A stretch of 14,845 bases of DNA. Source: Archangiaceae bacterium (GTDB taxonomy: Bacteria; Myxococcota; Myxococcia; Myxococcales; Myxococcaceae). The stretch covers positions 1 to 14,845 of the forward strand of contig JAYVCD010000368.1 of NCBI GenBank assembly GCA_043750125.1, written 5' to 3'. A program made the translations under genes and the position numbers. This document shows, piece by piece, positions 1 through 7,909 of the stretch. Position 1 is the first letter of the stretch; each line of letters begins with the position of its first letter. The notes under the pieces are model-generated. The model saw only the letters and a program-made list of their open reading frames with translations. It ran no database searches and was not told where the DNA came from.

Positions 1-2
1 CC

Positions 3-2672
3 CACCGCTTCTACGTCGGAGCGATTCGCGCCCACTGCGCCGGCGATGAAGACCGCCTTCACCGCGCGCGGGCTTTGAGTGGGGCGCTCGGGGCTCCGCT
101 GCTCGCGCATACCGACGCGCACACCGCGGTGCGAGGGCAGCAGCCGCTGCAAGACGCGATCACCGCGATCCGCCACCGCACCACGCTGGCCGCCGCGGGC
201 CGCAAGCTGTTTCCCAACGCCGAACGCACGCTCAAATCGACCGCCGAGCTGCTGCGGTTGTTTCCGGATCTTCCCGAAGCGGTGCACCGGGGCGCCGAGC
301 TGGCCCGCGGCTGCACCTTCAGCCTCGACGAGCTGAAGTACGAGTTCTCACGCGAAGAGCTGCCGCCCGGCATCGACCACCCCCAGCAATATCTGCAGCA
401 GTTGGTCGAGGGGGGGCTTCACGTGCGCTACCCGTCTGGAATTCCCGACGACGTCCGCCTGCAGATCCGCAAAGAGCTCGACCTGATCGCGGCGCTCGAC
501 TTCGCCGGCTACTTTCTCTCGCTGTGGGACATCGTCCGCTTCGCACGCGAGAGCGGCATTCTGTGCCAGGGGCGCGGCTCGGCCGCCAACTCTGCCGTCT
601 GCTACGCGCTGCAGATCACGTCAATCGACCCGGTGCGAATGGGGCTGTTGTTCGAGCGCTTCTTGTCGATGGAACGCCGCGAGCCGCCCGACATCGACGT
701 GGATTTCGAGCACGCCCGCCGCGAAGAGGTGATCCAGTACGTCTACGGCAAGCACGGCCGCCACCGCGCCGCGATGGTCAGCGAGATCATCAGCTACCGC
801 GGTCGATCGGCGGTGCGCGACGTGGGCAAAGTGCTGGGCCTGTCGGCCGACCAGGTCGACCGGCTCGCCAAGGCACTCGACATCGAAGAAGAGGTCGGCG
901 CGTTCCAGCTGCGCAGCGCGGGGCTCAACCCCAATGACCTCAAGGTCCGGCAGACGATCTCGATTTCCCGTCAGCTCGCCGGCGCTCCGCGGCACCTGTC
1001 GATTCATACCGGCGGCTTCGTCATCACCCACAGCCGGCTGACCGCGCTGGTGCCGCTCGAGAACGGACGAATGAAAGACCGCACCGTCTGCCAATGGGAC
1101 AAAGACGATCTGTCGGCGCTCAACATCCTCAAGGTCGACCTGCTCGGCCTGGGCATGCTGAACGTCGTCGCGCGGTGCTTCGATTTCGTCCGCGGTCACG
1201 AAGGGCAGGCGCTGAGCATGGCGACTGTCCCCGCCGAAGACGCGCAGGTCTACGACATGCTTTGCGAGGCCGACGCGATCGGCGTCTTTCAGGTCGAGAG
1301 CCGCGCGCAGATGAACATGCTGCCCCGGCTCAAGCCGCGGTGCTTCTACGACCTGGTGATCGAGATCGCGATCATCCGCCCCGGGCCAATCGTCGGGCAG
1401 ATGGTGCACCCGTTTCTGCGCCGGCGAGATGGCATCGAAGACATCACCTACCCCTCGGCGGACGTGAAGGACATTCTCTCGCGCACGCTGGGCGTGCCGT
1501 TGTTTCAAGAACAGGCGATGAAGCTGGCGATGGTCGCTGGCGGCTTCACACCGGGCGAGGCCGACGGGCTGCGCCGGGCGCTGTCGAACAAGCGCGCCGA
1601 AATGCTGTTGCCGCAGTACCGCGACCGCTTCATCGAAGGCTGCGTCAGCCGCGGCTACGAGCGCGCTTTCGCCGAAAGGTGCTTCAAGCAGTTCGACGGC
1701 TTTGCCCATTACGGATTTCCCGAGAGTCACTCGGCGTCGTTCGCCTTGATCGCCTACGTGTCGTCCTGGCAGAAGCGCTACCACCCGGCGGCGTTCTGCG
1801 CGGCGCTGCTCGACGCCCAGCCGATGGGCTTTTACGCGGTGCACACCCTGGTCGATGACGCCCGCCGCCACGGAGTCGAGGTGCGGGGCATCGACGTGAA
1901 CCACAGCCACTGGAACTGCACGCTCGAAGGGCCGCCGGCGCTGGGCGCTGCCGCAGATGCAGCCCCGCCTGATTGGGGGAAGGGCGGGCCTGCGCTGCGG
2001 CTGGGAATGGAGCTGGTGCGCGGGCTGCGCGAAGAATCGGCGAAGCGGGTGATGGAAGCCCAGGGCAGGGGAGGGCCCTTTTCTTCGGTTGGCCAACTGG
2101 CCCGCCGCGCCCGGATTCCCCGCTTCGAGCTCACCCGCTTAGCGCTCGCCGGAGCGCTGGGCTCGATGTGCCCCAGCCGCCGTGAAGCGCTGTGGGAAAT
2201 TCACGCGCTGGGTCCGCTGGAAGAAGATGATCTGTTCTTCGGCCTGCCGATGAATTCCCAAGGCGTCGAGCTGCCGAAGATGAGCGCGCGCGAGCGGGTG
2301 TCGACCGACTACGAGACGATCGGTCTGTCGCTCGAGTTTCACCCCATAGCGCTGCTGCGACCCCAGCTGAAGAAGCTGAACGCGATCACCGCCGAACAGC
2401 TTCAGCAGGCCAAGAGCAGCGAATGGGTCAAAGTCGGAGGGCTGGTGATTGTCCGTCAGCGGCCTCCCACCGCGAAGGGCTTCACTTTTCTCTCGGTCGA
2501 AGACGAGACGGGAATTTCGAACTTCGTGATTACTCCGCAGCTGTTCGACAAGTACCGCCGCGAGCTCACCGGTACCGCGCTGGTGCTGGGTGAGGGCCGG
2601 CTCGAGCGGCAAGGGAAGGTGGTGAATCTGAAGATCGAGCGGATCGCGCGGATCGAGCCCGAGATCGACTGA
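3..2672 (+). CDS. dnaE2: Error-prone DNA polymerase III alpha homologue DnaE2 (ImuC), 5'-truncated by the window edge
   Basis: The frame is open from position 3 (HRFYVGAIRAHCAGDEDRLHRARAL...), upstream of the ORF-track start at 75. Motifs: CQGRGSAANSAVCY, LLFERFLS..R.EPPDIDVDFE (catalytic Asp pair), PRHLSIHTGG, KVDLLGLGML, IGVFQVESRAQM, RPGPIVGQMVHPF, YGFPESHSASFA, QPMGFY, and a C-terminal OB fold (RQRPPTAKGFTFLSVEDETG). SAANS, ESRAQM and QPMGFY are DnaE2-type rather than DnaE1-type. Confidence 0.95.
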   Translation, partial: HRFYVGAIRAHCAGDEDRLHRARALSGALGAPLLAHTDAHTAVRGQQPLQDAITAIRHRTTLAAAGRKLFPNAERTLKSTAELLRLFPDLPEAVHRGAELARGCTFSLDELKYEFSREELPPGIDHPQQYLQQLVEGGLHVRYPSGIPDDVRLQIRKELDLIAALDFAGYFLSLWDIVRFARESGILCQGRGSAANSAVCYALQITSIDPVRMGLLFERFLSMERREPPDIDVDFEHARREEVIQYVYGKHGRHRAAMVSEIISYRGRSAVRDVGKVLGLSADQVDRLAKALDIEEEVGAFQLRSAGLNPNDLKVRQTISISRQLAGAPRHLSIHTGGFVITHSRLTALVPLENGRMKDRTVCQWDKDDLSALNILKVDLLGLGMLNVVARCFDFVRGHEGQALSMATVPAEDAQVYDMLCEADAIGVFQVESRAQMNMLPRLKPRCFYDLVIEIAIIRPGPIVGQMVHPFLRRRDGIEDITYPSADVKDILSRTLGVPLFQEQAMKLAMVAGGFTPGEADGLRRALSNKRAEMLLPQYRDRFIEGCVSRGYERAFAERCFKQFDGFAHYGFPESHSASFALIAYVSSWQKRYHPAAFCAALLDAQPMGFYAVHTLVDDARRHGVEVRGIDVNHSHWNCTLEGPPALGAAADAAPPDWGKGGPALRLGMELVRGLREESAKRVMEAQGRGGPFSSVGQLARRARIPRFELTRLALAGALGSMCPSRREALWEIHALGPLEEDDLFFGLPMNSQGVELPKMSARERVSTDYETIGLSLEFHPIALLRPQLKKLNAITAEQLQQAKSSEWVKVGGLVIVRQRPPTAKGFTFLSVEDETGISNFVITPQLFDKYRRELTGTALVLGEGRLERQGKVVNLKIERIARIEPEID

Positions 2673-2693
2673 AAAAGGCAGTTTCAAGGGGAA

Positions 2694-2722
2694 AGGGTGG
2701 CCGGCGACGTGCCGACCACCCT
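2694..2722 (-). terminator. Intrinsic terminator-like hairpin between convergent dnaE2 and the GlsB-family gene
   Basis: Minus-strand RNA AGGGUGGUCGGC-acguc-GCCGGCCACCCU forms a 12-bp stem with one U.G pair, followed by UUCCCCUU. It lies 26 nt after the stop of the minus-strand gene. Confidence 0.65.
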
Positions 2723-2748
2723 CGACCGCGCGAAGACCGCCGCTCTTT

Positions 2749-3036
2749 TCAGTGACGAATCGCGCCGCGGCCCGTGCCCGAGACCAACTTCACGATCCCA
2801 ATCAGCACGCAGGCGCCGAGCAGAGCCACGCCGAAGCTCGCGAACAAGCCATTATTCCCGGCCGAATCGCCGAAGACGGTGCGGGTGATGAAGCCACCGA
2901 TCACTGCGCCGATGATCCCGACGACGATGTTCATGATCGAGCCCTGCTTCGCGTTGGTGCCCATAATCATGCTGCCGACCCAGCCTGCCAGTGCGCCGAC
3001 GACGATCCAGAGGAGGATTCCGTATGAGGGGTTCAT
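2749..3036 (-). CDS. GlsB/YeaQ/YmgE family stress-response membrane protein (transglycosylase-associated protein), 95 aa
   Basis: MNPSYGILLWIVVGALAGWVGSMIMG..QGSIMNIVVGIIGAVIGGFI..FGVALLGACVLIGIVKLV has three Gly-rich hydrophobic segments typical of the family. The ATG at 3036 is preceded by an AAGGA Shine-Dalgarno. Confidence 0.9.
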   Translation of the reverse strand: MNPSYGILLWIVVGALAGWVGSMIMGTNAKQGSIMNIVVGIIGAVIGGFITRTVFGDSAGNNGLFASFGVALLGACVLIGIVKLVSGTGRGAIRH

Positions 3037-3083
3037 TGTGTAGTCCTTGGGTGAGGGTTTGAACTGCGCTGGCCGGCGTCTTG

Positions 3084-3099
3084 AGCAACGCAAATGCCA
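3084..3099 (-). promoter_or_regulatory. Sigma-54 (-24/-12) promoter for the GlsB-family gene
   Basis: The minus strand reads TGGCATTTGCGTTGCT, matching TGGCA-N6-TTGCW with exact GG/GC spacing. Predicted TSS is near 3073, about 37 nt before the ATG. Confidence 0.7.
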
Positions 3100-3182
3100 G
3101 CGCCATCCTCGCGAAATATTTTGGCTCTTCTGGCAGAAAGAAGAAAATGCGCGTTTTAGCCCCAGGCGCGGTCGTCACACCG

Positions 3183-3199
3183 TGTCGCGAAATGTCGCG
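3183..3199. promoter_or_regulatory. Tandem direct repeat TGTCGCG-aaa-TGTCGCG (10-bp period), candidate enhancer-binding-protein site
   Basis: TGTCGCG occurs at 3183-3189 and 3193-3199. TCGCGAAAT occurs at 3109-3117 and 3185-3193. The repeat lies about 110-125 bp upstream of the predicted sigma-54 TSS, with an A/T-rich stretch in between. Confidence 0.4.
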
Positions 3200-3368
3200 C
3201 ACTCTGCCAACGCGAGAACACAAACCGCGCGGAGTCCGATCGTTCCCACCCGGTAAAAAGAGAACCACAAAAAATACTTGGCCCCCTTTTTCCCAGGCGA
3301 CTTACCGGCATGCGGAAGGGGAACAGCCCTTTCGCCCCATTGCCGCACTCCTTTCCCTGGAAAAGTCC

Positions 3369-3659
3369 ATGTCGATGAAAACCCTGGTTCGTGCAGTTCT
3401 GGTGTCGTGTTCCGTGCTGATGACGGGCTGCGCGCCGAAGCTTTACGTTCGCGTTCAACAGCCGGCTCCGACCAACCTCGGTGCCTCGAAGCGGATGTCG
3501 ATTGTCCCAGGAGCCACCCAGGAAAGCCAACATCGTGAAAATCGCAGTTTCCGCTTCGGCGGTCTTGCTCAGCCTCACCGCCTGGGCCCAACAGGATCAG
3601 CAGCCGCAGGCAGACCCCCAACCCACCCAGCCCTCCCAGGCCGAACCGCAGCGTGCTGA
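3369..3659 (+). pseudogene. Probable 5' remnant of a lipoprotein gene; only about the first 47 codons look genuine
   Basis: MSMKTLVRAVLVSCSVLMTG-C is a signal peptide with a lipobox, followed by APKLYVRVQQPAPTNLGASKRMSIV. After about 3510 the frame runs out-of-frame through the RBS and first 125 nt of the next gene with junk-like sequence. Confidence 0.5.
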
Positions 3660-4191
3660 GCCGATGAAGAGCAAGACCGACTCGGCCCCGGCAGGCTCGA
3701 TGGCCAAGCTCGGTCGAGACGACAAGGCATTTGTGATGGAAGCCGCCATCGGTGGGCTGGCTGAAGTCGAGATGGGCAAGCTGGCGGCCGACAATGCCGT
3801 CAGCCGGGAAGTGAAGGACTTCGGCGAGCGCATGGTCACCGACCATGAGAAGGCCAACAAGGATCTCGAGCAGGCCGTCGCGCCGTACGGGGTCATTCTT
3901 CCGACCAAGGTCGATGACGTCCATCAGCGCCACCTCGACATGCTCAAAGCCAAGAAGGGTGCCGACTTCGACCGCGCCTTCACGCGCCACATGGTCGAGG
4001 GCCACGAGAAGATGGTGAAGCTGTTCAAGAAGGAAGCGAGGTCCGGTCAGGCCGCGCCCGTCAAAGAGTTCGCGACCAACACCCTTCCCACTCTTCAAGA
4101 GCACCTGAAGATCGCCAAGGATCTCGCCAAGGCGAAGACCTCGTCCCGCTGGCTCGCGAGAGGCCGGCGCTCGGGTGACACGGGCTCGTAG
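3535..4191 (+). CDS. DUF4142 domain (ferritin-like) secreted protein
   Basis: GTG start at 3535 after AGGA. Signal peptide MKIAVSASAVLLSLTAWA, then a Q/P-rich linker, then DKAFVMEAAIGGLAEVEMGKLA..VKDFGERMVTDHEKAN..GADFDRAFTRHMVEGHEK..FATNTLPTLQEHLKIAKDL, the DUF4142 signature. Confidence 0.9.
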   Translation: MKIAVSASAVLLSLTAWAQQDQQPQADPQPTQPSQAEPQRAEPMKSKTDSAPAGSMAKLGRDDKAFVMEAAIGGLAEVEMGKLAADNAVSREVKDFGERMVTDHEKANKDLEQAVAPYGVILPTKVDDVHQRHLDMLKAKKGADFDRAFTRHMVEGHEKMVKLFKKEARSGQAAPVKEFATNTLPTLQEHLKIAKDLAKAKTSSRWLARGRRSGDTGS

Positions 4192-4216
4192 ATGACGCCC
4201 CCTCACCCGAGCGCCG
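4165..4216 (+). terminator. Strong stem-loop (perfect 14-bp inverted repeat), probable terminator or mRNA-stabilising hairpin
   Basis: CGGCGCTCGGGTGA (4165-4178) pairs with TCACCCGAGCGCCG (4203-4216), with extra inner GGGC/GCCC pairing, followed by TGTTCAATCTT. Confidence 0.65.
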
Positions 4217-4285
4217 TGTTCAATCTTGCGACATTGGGAAAAAATGCGGCATTTCCCGAGGGCGTAACCCTGCCGAAGAACACAG

Positions 4286-4301
4286 CGGCATCATTCGTGC
4301 T
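4286..4301 (+). promoter_or_regulatory. Possible sigma-54 promoter for the DUF748 gene
   Basis: CGGCATCATTCGTGCT has correct -24 GG / -12 GC spacing. The predicted TSS (~4312) is only about 3 nt from the ATG at 4315, so the transcript would be nearly leaderless. Confidence 0.35.
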
Positions 4302-4314
4302 GCCAGGTCACAAC

Positions 4315-5484
4315 ATGGCTCGCCAAACCCGTTGGTTTCAGACCAAGAAATTTTGGGCGCTGGTGCTCACGCCCCTCGTTTTGTTCCTGCTCGTCTTCTA
4401 CGGGCTGGACCCGCTGGTCGAGTGGCGAACCCGTGAGGCGCTCAAGCTCTTTCAGCCGCAGTACCTCGTGACGTTCGAAGACGCTTCGTTGCAGCCGACC
4501 AAGCTCAACTACGCGCTCACCCACCTGAAAATCATGAAGGAATCGGCCGGGGGCAACGCCGAGCCGTACATCTACATCGACCGCCTGGAAATGGGCGTCT
4601 ACGGGAAGGAGCTGCTCCACCTGCACCTCGTCGCCACGATGGAATTAGAGAAAGTCCGGCTCAACCTGATTGCCGCCAAGAGCAAAGAGAATGAGCAGTT
4701 GGACACCGGGATCCCCGACTTTTCGGACAAGCTCGCCGCAGCGCTGCCCCTGACGGTCGACCGGGTTCAAGTCAAAGACGCAGAGGTGATGTTCATCGAC
4801 AAGACGAACCCCGACTTCCCCAAAGTGTGGCTCCACGCGATCGACGGCACGCTCGAGAATCTCGCGACCCGCGCGGCACTGGCCCGGGGCGAGCCCACGT
4901 CGATTGCGATCTCGGGAAAGATCCAGAAGACGGGCGAGATCTCGGCCTTCATCACCGCCGACCCTCTGTCCAAAGGCCTGTTCTTTGCCGGCCGCGCGAT
5001 GCTGACCCACTTCGAGATGAACGAGCTGGGGAAGGTGATGGCTTCCAAAAGCGGGCTGACGGTTCAAAAAGGCACCCTCGACCTCTTTGCCGAATTCGAC
5101 TGCCGGGCCGGAAAGCTCTCTGGAGGAATCAAGCCGGTGCTGAAAAATGTCGAAGTTGCTCAGGGCAAGCCGGGGCTGAGCAACGCGATCAATGCGGTGC
5201 TCGCCGACGCCGCGGTGAAGATCTTCTCGGACCGCGTGGGTGACCGCGCCGCCGTGGCGACGGTGATTCCCATTCGCGGCGACATCGACCAGCCCCAGGT
5301 TCAGCTCTGGCCCGCGGTCGTCGGCGTCATCCGCAACGCCTTCGTGATCGGCGTCTCAGAGAGCTTCCAGCGGTTGCCGTTGCCCAAATCCGACAAGCCG
5401 CAGGGGCCCATCGACCAGGCGCTCGACGCGCTCGACAAGAAAGAGGGCCCCAAGGCCCAGCCCCCCAGTCCCCCGAAGTCGTAG
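4315..5484 (+). CDS. DUF748 domain (AsmA-like) membrane-anchored protein
   Basis: ATG at 4315 is preferred over 4192 because 4192-4314 contains the hairpin and promoter-like DNA. A basic N-terminus and single TM (FWALVLTPLVLFLLVFYGL) are followed by a beta-rich body ending ..GTLDLFAEF..LSGGIKPVLKNVEV..ATVIPIRGDIDQP...WPAVVGVIRNAFV, typical of DUF748 proteins. Confidence 0.8.
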   Translation: MARQTRWFQTKKFWALVLTPLVLFLLVFYGLDPLVEWRTREALKLFQPQYLVTFEDASLQPTKLNYALTHLKIMKESAGGNAEPYIYIDRLEMGVYGKELLHLHLVATMELEKVRLNLIAAKSKENEQLDTGIPDFSDKLAAALPLTVDRVQVKDAEVMFIDKTNPDFPKVWLHAIDGTLENLATRAALARGEPTSIAISGKIQKTGEISAFITADPLSKGLFFAGRAMLTHFEMNELGKVMASKSGLTVQKGTLDLFAEFDCRAGKLSGGIKPVLKNVEVAQGKPGLSNAINAVLADAAVKIFSDRVGDRAAVATVIPIRGDIDQPQVQLWPAVVGVIRNAFVIGVSESFQRLPLPKSDKPQGPIDQALDALDKKEGPKAQPPSPPKS

Positions 5485-5502
5485 TCCTCGAAACGACCTC
5501 CT

Positions 5503-5985
5503 ATGAAAAATATCACCTTGGTTCTGATGGCTGTCGCGTTTGTCGGGTGTGTCCATACCCAGGAAGTCGAGAAGGGCAACGAAGGTGCCTCGGACGGGCA
5601 GCAGAAGCCGGCCGCGCCGGTCGCGGCAAAAAAATCCCAGCCCTCTCGCACTTCAAAAACCACTCCGAAGACTTCATCTCCCGATGCCCGACCCCCGGTG
5701 GAGGAAGGCCGCCCTGAGCTTTCGGTGTCCCCTCAGGGGTTGCTGCTGCCCGACGGGCCTCGGCTGATTCAGCAAGCGCTCTCCAGGCAAGGCTACCTTC
5801 CGGCGGACCACCAGACCGGAAAGCTGGACCCAGAGACCAGCGCCGCGCTGAGGAAGTTTCAAGGCGACCAGTCGCTGGCCAAGACGGGCTCGCCAGATCG
5901 CGAGACCGTCAGAAAGCTGGGGCTGTCAGTCGAGAAGGTCTTCCGGTCTTCCACCGATGGCCCGCGCGCCGAGCGAACCCGTTAA
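5503..5985 (+). CDS. Lipoprotein with a C-terminal peptidoglycan-binding (PG_binding_1-like) domain
   Basis: Lipobox FVG-C, a low-complexity K/P/S/T linker, then IQQALSRQGYL...TGKLDPETSAALRKFQGDQSLAKTGSPDRETVRKLGL. Confidence 0.85.
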   Translation: MKNITLVLMAVAFVGCVHTQEVEKGNEGASDGQQKPAAPVAAKKSQPSRTSKTTPKTSSPDARPPVEEGRPELSVSPQGLLLPDGPRLIQQALSRQGYLPADHQTGKLDPETSAALRKFQGDQSLAKTGSPDRETVRKLGLSVEKVFRSSTDGPRAERTR

Positions 5986-6424
5986 AGCGGGCACCGGGAC
6001 TCGCCTTGCGCGCGGGCTTGTCGGTAACCGTCAGCGTGCTCACCGGAAGCTGAGCCGTTGGTCTCAGGAATCAGCAGCAGCTTTCCAACCACATTGCCTC
6101 CGCTCGACAGCGCGTGGGCCTCTTCGGCATCGCGCAGGGGAAATCGCTTTTCGCTCAAGGCCACCAGAGCTCCGCGCGCCATGGCTGAGACCAGGGGCTC
6201 GAGGGTGGTTCGATTCGCCCGGCCGAGAATGGCCTTCACGTTGCGGGCTCAACAGCGCCCGGCAGGCTCCCAGCGGGTAGGTGGCGGTGCCGACCGCGTG
6301 CACGACCAGGTCAAAAGGGCCCTGCGCCCGCGCGGCGGTCAGTGGGTCGCCCCGGGTGTAGTCGAGGGCCACGGCACCGTGTTTCTCGACCAGCGCAGTG
6401 TTCCGCGTCGAGCCCGCCGCGCGC
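5982..6424 (-). pseudogene. Degraded 3' half of an MDR-superfamily NAD(P)-dependent (quinone oxidoreductase/ADH_zinc_N_2-like) gene
   Basis: Frame A reads AAGSTRNTALVEKHGAVALDYTRGDPL...GPFDLVVHAVGT....CRALLSPQ. After a frameshift at about 6240, frame B reads VKAILGRANRTTLEPLVSAMARGAL....EKRFPLRDAEEAHALSSGGNVVGKLLLIP. There is no start codon, GroES-like N-terminal domain or Rossmann glycine motif. Confidence 0.75.
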
Positions 6425-7909
6425 TCACCCGATGATCATGTCTTCGCGGATGAGCTTGTTGTCCGCAAAGCGCTGCATGGTGAACTTCTCGAACAGCTCG
6501 TCTGACTGGCCGGTCGCCATCCACTTCGCCATTCGCTCGGCGACCGCGGGCGCCATCATGAATCCGTGTCCGACGAAGCCTGACATCTGCAGCAGGTTGG
6601 GAAGCCCCGGCGTGCGGCCCAGAATCGGAGAGTTGTCGGGCGTCACGTCGTAAGGCCCCGCCCACTGTCGCAAGATCTTCAGCCGCCCCGTAATCGGCAT
6701 CTGCTCGGTCAACGCCTGCGCGTAACGGGAAAGAAAACGCATCGTCGAGCCCAGCTGCATCTGGGCCGGCTCAGCGGGGTCTCCCATTCCGCCGACAATC
6801 TCGCCCCGCATCGACTGCGAGAAGTACAGACCACTGTCGAGCACCGAGACGAGCGGACCCAGGAAGGGCTTGAGCGGCTCGGAAGAACAAATCTCGTGGC
6901 GGTGGGGCTCATTGGGCATCTTCACCCCCGCGAGGGCGGAAATCTGCGGGCTCCACGCGCCGCACGCGACCACCACCGTGTCGCAGGCGATCTCTCCCCG
7001 GTCGGTGAGCACCTTGCGAATTCGACCCCCGCTCTGCTCGAAGCCCACCACCTGGGTAAACGTCTCGACCTTGATCCCGCGCTTGAGACAGCTTTGCGCG
7101 TACCCCCAGAGGAACGGCCAGGGAAAAATCACCCCATCGTCCTGATTGAAGGCGGCCAGCTGCACTCCCTTCATCGTCAGCTGCGGCACCAACTGCTGCG
7201 CCGCGTCGGGAGTGAGAATCTGGGTCGGCACTCCGTGCTGGTTGTGAAGGGCGGCGCTGCGCGCCAGCTTCTGGGCGACGTGCTGGCTCTTGGCGAGGAA
7301 CAGGTAGCCGCCCTGGCGCAGCCAGATGTTGATCCCCATCTCTCGCGCGAAGCTCTTCATCAGGCTGATGCTGCGCTTGGACAATTCGATGTTGGTCGAA
7401 GTGCCCCACTGCATCCGCACTCCGCCCCCGTTGCGACCACTGGCACCCGCGCACAGGTAGCCTTTCTCGAGCACCACCACGTCGCGCTCGCCCTGAAGGC
7501 TCAAGTTGTGCGCGAGGGCCAGGCCCATGATCCCTCCGCCGATGATTACGATCTTCGCCCTCGAGGGAACCGGACCCTCGGGCTTCAGCGCATGATCCGA
7601 AACGTCCAGCTCGGGAGGAACCCCTGCCGTCACCGGCGCCGCCGGGTCGAAGCCGTCGGACGCCCACAGCGACAGCTCGGTCGGAAAGAGGGGAGGGCGG
7701 GGCGTGAACGGCGCCAGCTGATTCGGCTTCAAGCCGGTCTGGGCGAGCCTCGAGGCGACTGCGTTGAGGCACTGCTTTCCCTGACACATTCCTGTGCCAA
7801 AACCGGTGTAGCGCTTGACCGATTCGATGTCGCAGTAGCCCCGGGCGATCGCGTGGTCCACGTCTTCGGTGGTCACGTCCTCGCATGGACATAGCAATGC
7901 CTTGCTCAT
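6425..7909 (-). CDS. BFD-like [2Fe-2S] domain fused to a DAO-family FAD oxidoreductase (sarcosine oxidase beta / proline dehydrogenase / HcnC-like), 494 aa
   Basis: The true start is the ATG at 7909, an ATGA overlap with the upstream stop. N-terminal [33 protein letters not shown], then [38 protein letters not shown] and [11 protein letters not shown]. Confidence 0.9.
   Translation of the reverse strand: MSKALLCPCEDVTTEDVDHAIARGYCDIESVKRYTGFGTGMCQGKQCLNAVASRLAQTGLKPNQLAPFTPRPPLFPTELSLWASDGFDPAAPVTAGVPPELDVSDHALKPEGPVPSRAKIVIIGGGIMGLALAHNLSLQGERDVVVLEKGYLCAGASGRNGGGVRMQWGTSTNIELSKRSISLMKSFAREMGINIWLRQGGYLFLAKSQHVAQKLARSAALHNQHGVPTQILTPDAAQQLVPQLTMKGVQLAAFNQDDGVIFPWPFLWGYAQSCLKRGIKVETFTQVVGFEQSGGRIRKVLTDRGEIACDTVVVACGAWSPQISALAGVKMPNEPHRHEICSSEPLKPFLGPLVSVLDSGLYFSQSMRGEIVGGMGDPAEPAQMQLGSTMRFLSRYAQALTEQMPITGRLKILRQWAGPYDVTPDNSPILGRTPGLPNLLQMSGFVGHGFMMAPAVAERMAKWMATGQSDELFEKFTMQRFADNKLIREDMIIG

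Noticed and set aside
621-2096. 491-aa antisense ORF, and other nested ORFs, inside dnaE2
   Set aside because: Shadow ORF produced by GC-rich codon bias; no recognisable motifs.
5496-5502. ACCTCCT (anti-Shine-Dalgarno-like) directly before the ATG at 5503, reading AGGAGGT on the minus strand
   Set aside because: No minus-strand start codon at a suitable distance; a 7-mer is compatible with chance.
6041-6067. Small inverted repeats (TCAGC/GCTGA, CTGAG/CTCAG) as a terminator
   Set aside because: The stems are only about 5 bp and there is no U-tract.
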